A stretch of DNA of 64,000 bases. It comes from Nitrospinaceae bacterium (lineage in GTDB: Bacteria > Nitrospinota > Nitrospinia > Nitrospinales > VA-1). The position numbers and the translations under genes are program-made. The notes beneath the pieces are model-generated. The model searched no databases. It worked only from the letters and a program-made list of their open reading frames with translations, and was not told the DNA's origin. The DNA lies in contig JAJDBG010000039.1 in assembly GCA_029261475.1 (NCBI GenBank), positions 20,271 through 84,270 of the forward strand, read 5' to 3'. Of this stretch, positions 1-7,452 are shown piece after piece (within the stretch, counting starts at the first letter, position 1; each line of letters starts with the position of its first letter).

Positions 1-1
1 C

Positions 2-220
2 ATCAATGACACTCCACAGTCCCTGCGTTACCTCTATCAAGATAAAAATTTCGGGGGAAGTGATTTCCAACAAAGCGAGCAGAATGTACTCAACGAATGG
101 GGAGTTTCCTCACCCCCCGAGACAGCTCTCTCGATAGAAGAAAAATTGAAGTTTGACGAGATGGGGCCTATAACTCAGGATGAGATTGAAACGGTTGACT
201 GGAACCGTGTCTTCAAATAG
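2..220 (+). CDS. C-terminal fragment of a CDS that starts upstream of the window (function unknown)
   Basis: Frame +2 is open from base 2 to TAG at 218-220 (ends ...QDEIETVDWNRVFK). No start in window. No family recognised. Confidence 0.4.
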   Translation: MNDTPQSLRYLYQDKNFGGSDFQQSEQNVLNEWGVSSPPETALSIEEKLKFDEMGPITQDEIETVDWNRVFK

Positions 221-298
221 TGCTTGCCCTCGACTCCTATCCCACATTAACAATACAAACCATCAACCTGGTCACCTGACTGTGAAAGGGATTTTCTA

Positions 299-1429
299 TT
301 GATCCTGCGCAATGAACTGGAAGAAGCTGAGCGTAAATTTTTAGCCCCGTATGCAGTGAAAAGTGCGGATAGCAGGGGCCGAGAGTTCCACGAAGAAGAA
401 CATTCCTACCGAACCCGATTTCAAAGAGACCGCGACCGCATCGTTCATTCCTCTGCATTTCGCAGACTGGAGTATAAAACGCAGGTTTTTGTTTCTCATG
501 AAGGTGACTACTATCGTACTCGCCTCACGCACTCGCTTGAAGTTTCCCAAATCACCCGTTCGATTTGCAAATCTCTGGCTTTGAATGAAGACCTTGCCGA
601 AGCAGTGGCTCTAGCGCATGATTTGGGGCACCCTCCTTTTGGTCACACAGGGCAAGCGATACTGAATCGGCTCATGAAACCTCACGGAGGTTTCGAACAT
701 AACCGTCAAAGCTTGAGGATTGTCAAACGATTGGAAAAACGTTACCCCGAGTTTGATGGCTTGAATTTGACATGGGAAACTCTTGAAGGAATTTGCAAAC
801 GGTTCATTGATCCAGAAAACCCTTTAGCAAAAATCCAGGGGCGCCAAAACCCATCTCTGGAAGCGCAAGTGGTCGATTTGGCCGATACCATCGCCTACAA
901 TGCGCACGACCTTGACGATGGAATCACCTCTGAACTTTTAGATATGGAGCATTTGAAAAAACTTGCTCTTTGGAGAGATGCCGAAAAAGAATTAAAAGAA
1001 AAATACTCAAATCTCGACAATAAACTGAAAAAATACCAATCGGTAAAACATATAATCAACGCAATGGTTACAGATTTTTTGGAAACCACCTTGTCTCAAT
1101 TAAAAGAAACAGGCATTGAAAGTGCGGATGATGTCCGAACGGCCTCGAAACCTTTGGCTAGCTTCAGCTTGGAAATGGAAGAAAAAAATAAGGAACTGAA
1201 AAAATACCTTTATCAGAATATGTACACACATCGTCGGATTCAGAGAATGGAGTTCAAGGCAGAACTGCAGTTGACTAAACTTTTTTCAGCCTATACAAAA
1301 TCGCCAAAACTACTACCAGAACCAGCACTCAATGCAGAGCAACACGGAACTACAGAACGACGAATTTGCGATTATATTTCAGGGATGACAGACCGCTATG
1401 CAATTGAGGAATACGAAAACCTCTATTAG
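299..1429 (+). CDS. dgt: dGTP triphosphohydrolase-like HD-domain protein
   Basis: 376-aa ORF (TTG start). HD motif HDLGHPPFGH and N-terminal RTRFQRDRDRIVHSSAFRRLEYKTQV are typical of the dGTPase-like family. Confidence 0.8.
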   Translation: MILRNELEEAERKFLAPYAVKSADSRGREFHEEEHSYRTRFQRDRDRIVHSSAFRRLEYKTQVFVSHEGDYYRTRLTHSLEVSQITRSICKSLALNEDLAEAVALAHDLGHPPFGHTGQAILNRLMKPHGGFEHNRQSLRIVKRLEKRYPEFDGLNLTWETLEGICKRFIDPENPLAKIQGRQNPSLEAQVVDLADTIAYNAHDLDDGITSELLDMEHLKKLALWRDAEKELKEKYSNLDNKLKKYQSVKHIINAMVTDFLETTLSQLKETGIESADDVRTASKPLASFSLEMEEKNKELKKYLYQNMYTHRRIQRMEFKAELQLTKLFSAYTKSPKLLPEPALNAEQHGTTERRICDYISGMTDRYAIEEYENLY

Positions 1430-1468
1430 CTAGCGGTTAAGGTAAGAAAATAAAAATATCACGGTAAG

Positions 1469-1488
1469 GGCTACCGGGAACTTGAAGG
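1469..1488. repeat. Copy 1 of conserved motif GGCTACCGGGAAyTTGAAkGG found 3' of both small paralogous genes
   Basis: GGCTACCGGGAACTTGAAGG lies 25 nt downstream (minus sense) of the 1513-1767 stop. The 12-nt core is identical to 1853-1864. Confidence 0.5.
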
Positions 1489-1512
1489 TGAAAAAATCCC
1501 ACCCACTTTATT

Positions 1513-1767
1513 TTACAAAAACAAGTTGGCAATACTGCCTTTTCCAATCTCTGGTGGAATAGCCGCTGTAGTGGAAGCCCCACTATTGATCTCATTCCCA
1601 CCAATACTTACAACTTTTAAGGGACTACGACTCCCGCCCAATTGCTTTGTTATCTCCGACTGGGCTTTCGAAGCCTGAAATTTCTCTCTAGGCAATTGAC
1701 TGACTTCCTGGATGATACTAGAGCGGTTAGCTCCCTGAGCACTGCCTTGTAATTGATTTGTTTCCAT
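1513..1767 (-). CDS. Small hypothetical protein, paralogue A (84 aa)
   Basis: GGAG Shine-Dalgarno 9 nt upstream of ATG. Aligns along its length with 1989-2249 (GSxQGANR block; RSPxxVxxIGGxEINS...PPE[IV]GKGSIA C-terminus). No signal peptide, TM segment or Cys. No family recognised. Confidence 0.6.
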   Translation of the reverse strand: METNQLQGSAQGANRSSIIQEVSQLPREKFQASKAQSEITKQLGGSRSPLKVVSIGGNEINSGASTTAAIPPEIGKGSIANLFL

Positions 1768-1852
1768 TTTATCGCTCCACTTAAATCAAAGGGAGAGATT
1801 CTTCATCCTGCTACAAATAACCAAACAGGACAATCGACTCTGCGTTTATAGT

Positions 1853-1872
1853 GGCTACCGGGAATTGAATGG
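1853..1872. repeat. Copy 2 of conserved motif GGCTACCGGGAAyTTGAAkGG
   Basis: GGCTACCGGGAATTGAATGG lies downstream (minus sense) of the 1989-2249 stop. Confidence 0.5.
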
Positions 1873-1988
1873 ACACCAGCAAATAATGAGACTTCGATCC
1901 ACTCAACCAGAACGGCACCTTAAAACCGTTGCTAAACAACCCACTTAGCAATGGCATAAAACCCTTCTCAAGCAAAATCCTTCAACAA

Positions 1989-2249
1989 TTAAAGCAAAAC
2001 GTCAGCAATGCTTCCCTTCCCAACCTCGGGAGGGACTATAATTTTAGTCGACTTGGCACTATTAATCTCCCGCCCACCGATAGGAGTCACATTGACGGGA
2101 CTTCTAGTAGCACCAAATTCCGCAGGATCGCCTGTAATTTCACCAATAGCATCCAGTGTCCCCGTCAACCGAGTCTGGGGATTGATCAATGCATCGCGAT
2201 TGGCCCCTTGCGAACTTCCTCCAACAGCACTAGTGCCTATAGGGTCCAT
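1989..2249 (-). CDS. Small hypothetical protein, paralogue B (86 aa)
   Basis: GGAG SD 7 nt upstream of ATG, with a near-consensus sigma70 promoter upstream. Paralogue of 1513-1767. Confidence 0.6.
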   Translation of the reverse strand: MDPIGTSAVGGSSQGANRDALINPQTRLTGTLDAIGEITGDPAEFGATRSPVNVTPIGGREINSAKSTKIIVPPEVGKGSIADVLL

Positions 2250-2290
2250 GCCGATTCTCCAAAAAAAATTAGAATGCTTTGTATTACCGC

Positions 2291-2318
2291 ATTATACGAA
2301 AAGAGAGACGCATTGCAA
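2291..2318 (-). promoter_or_regulatory. Putative sigma70 promoter for the small-protein genes
   Basis: The minus strand reads TTGCAA-16 nt-TATAAT about 40 nt upstream of the ATG at 2249. It is embedded in the inverted repeat AAAAGAGAGA...TCTCTCTTTT (2299-2340). Confidence 0.45.
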
Positions 2319-2401
2319 TAGGAAAGATTCTCTCTTTTTCTCTGGAAAAAACATCACTGGCAAAGAGAACTTATGATCGAACTCCTTGCCAGTGGATGTC
2401 A

Positions 2402-2755
2402 TTAATCTTGATCTTTATCGTGATACGACTGCCACTTTACGGCATCTACAACGTTGCCTGTAGTTCGGTCGTTTTTATAAACAGATTCGATTTCCCAACC
2501 TATTTTATCTGCAGAGTCAACACACTCATTCAAAGTTCCTTCACAGCGGGTATAACAACCCAGCCAATAATCGCATTTAATGTAAAGCCAATAAACCGTT
2601 TTGGTTTTTGCATCTCCAACCTTTGAAAAGAAACGAGGCGACTGACTATAGTCTTCCTCTTTTTCCATATTATCTGCGAACGATAGCGTAGGAGAAATGA
2701 CACACAACCCCAAAACAAACACAGCTAAAACTGACCTTACTACTAATTCTCTCAT
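2402..2755 (-). CDS. Secreted hypothetical protein with Cys cluster (117 aa)
   Basis: N-terminal signal peptide (…VISPTLSFA/DN). The mature part has 4 Cys within KCDYWLGCYTRCEGTLNEC. No family recognised. Confidence 0.6.
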   Translation of the reverse strand: MRELVVRSVLAVFVLGLCVISPTLSFADNMEKEEDYSQSPRFFSKVGDAKTKTVYWLYIKCDYWLGCYTRCEGTLNECVDSADKIGWEIESVYKNDRTTGNVVDAVKWQSYHDKDQD

Positions 2756-2905
2756 AAAACTCTCCTTGAACGTTTCTAGTAATTTTATCTTTGGAATGTA
2801 AAGCTTTGACTATAATATACATCCTAAACCTTGGATTTTTCAAACTTAAATGGGAAATATTCCATTCCTTCTATTATAGCGGCATAATTAAAATGAAATC
2901 TACTG

Positions 2906-3496
2906 ATGAATCTCTACACTGAAAATAACATTCGCTCTGTTTGTGTTTTTTGCTCTTCCAGCAACTTCGCAGAATCCATATTCATGAACTCTGCTCGTGA
3001 ACTTGGCCGTGGCATTGGGAAAATGGGGCTGACTCTGATCTATGGAGGTGCCAGCATTAACATGATGGGGCAAGCCGCCTCGGGAGTCCATGAAGAAGGC
3101 GGACGAATAATTAATGTCCTGCCTGAATTTTTCAGAAAAAAAGAAATTGAATATTTAGATGCCGATGAATTGATTGTTACTTCAGACATGCGGAGCCGAA
3201 AAGCCATCATGGAAGAAAATGCGGATGCATTCATCGCACTTCCAGGCGGTATTGGAACACTTGAAGAAGTGACCGAAATCTTATCAATGAGACAATTGAA
3301 ACTAATGTCTAAGCCGCTCATTCTGGTAAATACCGATGGCTTCTTTGATAATCTGATTACCCTTTTCAACGACATGGTCCTACGCAAATTCGTAAAGCCA
3401 GAATTTATAGAAACACTGGTCGTCGTTCCAGACCCTCAAAGTGCATTGGACCATCTCTCGACCCAATACACTATTTTGCCTCATAGCATGGGTTGA
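2906..3496 (+). CDS. LOG family (TIGR00730-type) nucleotide 5'-monophosphate nucleosidase
   Basis: 196 aa. PGGIGTLEE motif and N-terminal VCVFCSSS Rossmann start are typical of LOG / lysine-decarboxylase-like proteins. Confidence 0.85.
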   Translation: MNLYTENNIRSVCVFCSSSNFAESIFMNSARELGRGIGKMGLTLIYGGASINMMGQAASGVHEEGGRIINVLPEFFRKKEIEYLDADELIVTSDMRSRKAIMEENADAFIALPGGIGTLEEVTEILSMRQLKLMSKPLILVNTDGFFDNLITLFNDMVLRKFVKPEFIETLVVVPDPQSALDHLSTQYTILPHSMG

Positions 3497-3612
3497 TCTG
3501 CATTTTTCGATTCCTATACATCCTCACATGAAAAATGTTTGTAATAGAATCTCAAGGACCACGACATTGTAGTCAAGTGATCTCATGAACTTTATAAACC
3601 AAAGGAACAACA

Positions 3613-5055
3613 ATGGCGAAATTTGACTACAATGTGGTTGTGATTGGAGGTGGCTCTGCAGGCCTGGTATCTTCTTATATATGCTCTGCAGTTAAAGCCA
3701 AAGTCGCTCTGATAGAAAAACATAAAATGGGAGGCGATTGCCTCAACACGGGATGCGTTCCCAGCAAGGCATTGATCCGCTCCGCTAAAATCTTATCCCA
3801 TATCCGCAATCATAAAGAATATGGCATCCGCTCGGCATCGGCAGAATTTGACTTTTCAGAGATCATGGATCGCGTCCATGCCGTCATTGCAAAAGTCGAA
3901 CCTCACGACAGCGTCGACCGCTATACAAAATTAGGAGTCGATTGTTTTCAGAGTTCTGCAAAAATCATTTCTCCGCATGAAGTCGAAGTCGACGGGAAAA
4001 TATTGACGACAAAAAATATCATTGTTGCAACGGGTGCCCGCCCGGCAATCCCCAAAATCCCCGGACTGGATAAAGTTGATTTCTTAACAACGGATACCGT
4101 ATGGAATCTACGCGAACTCCCCAAAAGGTTCATCATCGCAGGCGGGGGGCCTATCGGTTGCGAATTGACTCAGTGCTTTGCCCGTCTGGGAAGCAACGTC
4201 ACGCAGATCCAAACAAGGTCTCACTTAATGGTCCGGGAAGACGACGAGGTTGGGGAACTGATCGGCAAAAAATTCAAAGCCGAAGGGGTCGATGTCAGGG
4301 TCAACACGAAATCCAAAGAAGTCGTCGTTAATAATGGCGAAAAATATCTGGTCGTTGATGAAGAAGGACAAGAAAAACACATCCCCTTCGACCAACTGCT
4401 TGTCGCCGTTGGCAGGGCCGCAAATACTAAAGGATTTGGTCTGGAGGAATTGGGTGTCACGTTATCTGACAGGGGAACGATTGTGGTCGATGAATATATG
4501 AGAACCCCGGCTCACCCCAATATTTATGCTTGCGGCGATGTGACCGGACCCTATCAATTCACGCACACTGCGGCCCATCAAGCTTGGTATTGCGCTGTCA
4601 ATGCCCTGTTCAGCCCCCTAAAAAAATTCAAAGTCGATTATCGAGTGATCCCCTGGTCCACCTTTACCGACCCTGAAGTTGCCCGCGTTGGCCTGAGTGA
4701 AAATGAAGCCCGAGAGGCGAACATTCCTTTTGAAAGTTCTGTCTACCCCATCGACGATCTGGATCGTGCCATTGCCGACAGCGAAGATCACGGCTGGGTC
4801 AAAGTACTGACTCAACCGGGCAAGGATAAAATTCTGGGTGTCACCATCGTCGGCAATCACGCAGGGGATTTGATCGCCGAATACGTTCTCGCCATGAAAA
4901 ATGGCTTTGGCTTGAACAACATTTTGTCGACGATTCATATTTACCCCACGATGGCCGAAGCCAACAAGTACGTCGCAGGAGTATGGAAAAAAGCGCACGC
5001 ACCTCAAACCTTGTTGACCTGGGTTGAACGATTCCACCGTTGGCGCAGGGCTTAA
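3613..5055 (+). CDS. FAD-dependent pyridine nucleotide-disulfide oxidoreductase (dihydrolipoamide dehydrogenase / mercuric reductase-like class I)
   Basis: 480 aa. GGGSAG dinucleotide fold, redox-active GGDCLNTGCVPSK disulfide motif and C-terminal HIYPTMAE dimerisation motif. Confidence 0.85.
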   Translation: MAKFDYNVVVIGGGSAGLVSSYICSAVKAKVALIEKHKMGGDCLNTGCVPSKALIRSAKILSHIRNHKEYGIRSASAEFDFSEIMDRVHAVIAKVEPHDSVDRYTKLGVDCFQSSAKIISPHEVEVDGKILTTKNIIVATGARPAIPKIPGLDKVDFLTTDTVWNLRELPKRFIIAGGGPIGCELTQCFARLGSNVTQIQTRSHLMVREDDEVGELIGKKFKAEGVDVRVNTKSKEVVVNNGEKYLVVDEEGQEKHIPFDQLLVAVGRAANTKGFGLEELGVTLSDRGTIVVDEYMRTPAHPNIYACGDVTGPYQFTHTAAHQAWYCAVNALFSPLKKFKVDYRVIPWSTFTDPEVARVGLSENEAREANIPFESSVYPIDDLDRAIADSEDHGWVKVLTQPGKDKILGVTIVGNHAGDLIAEYVLAMKNGFGLNNILSTIHIYPTMAEANKYVAGVWKKAHAPQTLLTWVERFHRWRRA

Positions 5056-5099
5056 AAAAAACTCGGTAGTTGACCTCATGGGCAGGGATTGAGAACATT

Positions 5100-5108
5100 T
5101 GGTATAAT
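5100..5108 (+). promoter_or_regulatory. Possible extended -10 promoter upstream of sorA
   Basis: TGgTATAAT at 5100-5108. No good -35 at 17-bp spacing. Confidence 0.3.
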
Positions 5109-5210
5109 GTGCCTGGAATTTTGATCTCATCAGAAATTTCGACGGGTCAAGGTTAAGTCCCGCGAATTTATATGTTCGCATGAAAAACTTATTCCCTCAT
5201 GAGGAACATC

Positions 5211-6524
5211 ATGAAAAAAAAAGAACGCGGATTAAGAGAGCTGTATGAAAGCGACCCAGAAAAAGCGGATGCGGAAGTGTGGGGGAGAAAAACCGATGGT
5301 CTGTCCCGTCGTGGATTCCTAAAAAAAGGGGGCCTTGCGGCCATGACCCTTGCCGTCGGAGCAAATATTCCTTTTTTCGGAAAAATGCCAGCAGGTTTGA
5401 TACCCGTTGCTTTGGCAGAATCTGCTGAAAATTTTGAGATCGAAGGAAAGGAAGGTTTAAAAGTCCTGAACGACCGTCCTCTGAATGCAGAAACACCCCC
5501 AAATTTACTAGATGACTCAATCACTCCAGTCAAACGACATTTCGTTCGGAACAACGGTCTGGTGCCTGGGTCAGCCTATGGAGACGATACAAAAGACTGG
5601 TCACTCACCATTGATGGAGAAGTTCATAATCCCAAAACAATAAACCTGGATCAGTTGAAGCGATTCAAGCACTACAGCTATGCCTTGCAAATTGAATGCG
5701 GAGGCAACGGTCGAGCGGGATTTCAGCCACCAGCAAAAGGCAACCAATGGACTTTTGGAGCTGTCGGTTGCGCCCAATATACTGGCGTTCGGATGAAAGA
5801 CGTTTTAAGCGAAGTCGGGCTTAAGGACACCGCGATTTATACAGGGTATTACGGTAGTGACATTCACTTGAGCGGCGACCCTAAAAAGGTAACGATTTCA
5901 CGGGGAACCCCGATAGCCAAGGCAATGGAAGACCATACCCTGATCGTTTGGGAAATGAACGGAAAACCATTGCCCACACTTCACGGATTTCCCGTTCGAG
6001 TGGTGACCCCAGGCTGGCCGGGATCTACTTCTATAAAATGGCTGAAGCGTATATTCGTTCGCAATAAAGTACACGACGGGCCTAAAATGACAGGTCAGGC
6101 ATATCGAACGCCCAAGTATCCCGTCCCCCCGGGAACGCATGTCCCTGATGAAGATATGCAGATCATTGAATCCTTACCCGTAAAATCGCTGATCACCCAC
6201 CCACAGAGCCGAGTTAAAATTCCAAAGAATCAGCCTCTCCTAGTCAGAGGTCACGCTTGGGCAGGAGATCATAGGATTCAGGAAATGTATGTGTCTCATG
6301 ATTTTGGTGCGACCTGGCTTCGCGCTGATCTGAAAAACCCCATAAACCCTTATGCATGGCAGGACTGGAAGGTCACTCTGAATTTCCCAGTGAAAGGTTA
6401 TTATGAAGTCTGGGCGCGGGCAACTGACAGTCAGGGAATCATGCAACCAATGGTGGTTCCGGGATGGAATCCAAAAGGATATTTAAACAACGCGATGCAT
6501 CGAATAGCCGTCAATGTGATTTGA
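5211..6524 (+). CDS. sorA: Sulfite dehydrogenase-type molybdopterin oxidoreductase, Tat-exported
   Basis: Twin-arginine motif SRRGFLKKG. Mo-ligand context QIECGGNGR and sulfite-oxidase-like Mo-binding plus dimerisation regions. Start moved to the ATG at 5211, which has GAGGA 5-6 nt upstream (ORF track gives 5199). Confidence 0.8.
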   Translation: MKKKERGLRELYESDPEKADAEVWGRKTDGLSRRGFLKKGGLAAMTLAVGANIPFFGKMPAGLIPVALAESAENFEIEGKEGLKVLNDRPLNAETPPNLLDDSITPVKRHFVRNNGLVPGSAYGDDTKDWSLTIDGEVHNPKTINLDQLKRFKHYSYALQIECGGNGRAGFQPPAKGNQWTFGAVGCAQYTGVRMKDVLSEVGLKDTAIYTGYYGSDIHLSGDPKKVTISRGTPIAKAMEDHTLIVWEMNGKPLPTLHGFPVRVVTPGWPGSTSIKWLKRIFVRNKVHDGPKMTGQAYRTPKYPVPPGTHVPDEDMQIIESLPVKSLITHPQSRVKIPKNQPLLVRGHAWAGDHRIQEMYVSHDFGATWLRADLKNPINPYAWQDWKVTLNFPVKGYYEVWARATDSQGIMQPMVVPGWNPKGYLNNAMHRIAVNVI

Positions 6525-6570
6525 CCCTGAGTGACTCTGCTCAATATACGATCTTCTAAAAGAATATTTT

Positions 6571-6936
6571 ATGACAACTCTAACTAGATTCAACAAAAAC
6601 TGTTTGCTTCATACTGCCATCCTGTTTTTGTTGGCCCTGTTTTCTGTTCCTGCATGGGCAAATGTAGAACTACAACCCGGCCTAGAGCGTGATTTAGTAG
6701 AAGAAACCTGCACAGCCTGCCATTCAGCGGCGATCATTCGGCAAAATCACATGAGTCGTGAAAGGTGGGATGAAACCATCACCTGGATGCAAGAAAAACA
6801 AGGATTGATGGAATTGTCTCCAGAAATTCGGAAACGAATTCTGAATTATCTGGCTGAGGTTCAGGGAGCCGGCTCTAAAAACCCTGAGCCTGTAAAAAAA
6901 ATGTACGATTACGATTATCCTCCCAATCCACTATAA
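6571..6936 (+). CDS. sorB: Monoheme cytochrome c, SorB-like electron acceptor subunit
   Basis: 121 aa with signal peptide and a single CTACH heme site. Lies 47 nt downstream of sorA. Confidence 0.7.
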   Translation: MTTLTRFNKNCLLHTAILFLLALFSVPAWANVELQPGLERDLVEETCTACHSAAIIRQNHMSRERWDETITWMQEKQGLMELSPEIRKRILNYLAEVQGAGSKNPEPVKKMYDYDYPPNPL

Positions 6937-7102
6937 TCCGAACCTCTTCAATCAATGAGCAGAAACCTTTCATTGCTTTTACTAGGCATTGTTCGCACAT
7001 GACTATCAAAATTTCTCCTGAAAAAACCTCCCTCTCCCCCACAAATATGGGATAATAGCGCGAGGTTCGAATAATCTTTGGTATGAACGAGATTTAAAGA
7101 AT

Positions 7103-7405
7103 ATGGATGAGACAATACACCTAAAAATTAGTAAGACCATTGAAGATCTTATCCCCAGCTATCTGGACAATCGCAAAAAAGATATCGTCTCCTTGAACAA
7201 TGCACTCGATCAAGAAAACCTCGACTTCATCCAAGGGGTAGCTCATAAACTCAAGGGCTCTGGCGGTGGTTATGGATTTGATGCTATCAGCGACATTGGA
7301 AGAACTATGGAAATTTCAGCAAAAGAAAAAAACAAAAAGAAAATCAAGGATGCTATCAATGCGCTGACCCAGTATCTAGAAAACATCTGCATCACCTATG
7401 AATAA
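7103..7405 (+). CDS. Stand-alone histidine phosphotransfer (Hpt) domain protein
   Basis: 100 aa. Hpt signature GVAHKLKGSGGGYGF with the phospho-accepting His. No receiver or kinase domain. Confidence 0.8.
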   Translation: MDETIHLKISKTIEDLIPSYLDNRKKDIVSLNNALDQENLDFIQGVAHKLKGSGGGYGFDAISDIGRTMEISAKEKNKKKIKDAINALTQYLENICITYE

Positions 7406-7452
7406 AATTAAGAATCCCTCTGCACAACCATCTATCACCTTCCTGCATTAAC

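Noticed and set aside
1513-2249. The idea that the paired small proteins are RiPP or bacteriocin precursors (IGG as a double-glycine cleavage site) or encapsulin cargo (C-terminal GKGSIAxL resembling GSLxIGSL targeting peptides)
   Set aside because: The window has no C39 peptidase/ABC exporter, modification enzyme or encapsulin shell gene. Conservation is highest in the putative core, which is the opposite of typical precursor families. The similarity to cargo-loading peptides is weak. It remains an open question under the finding, not a call.
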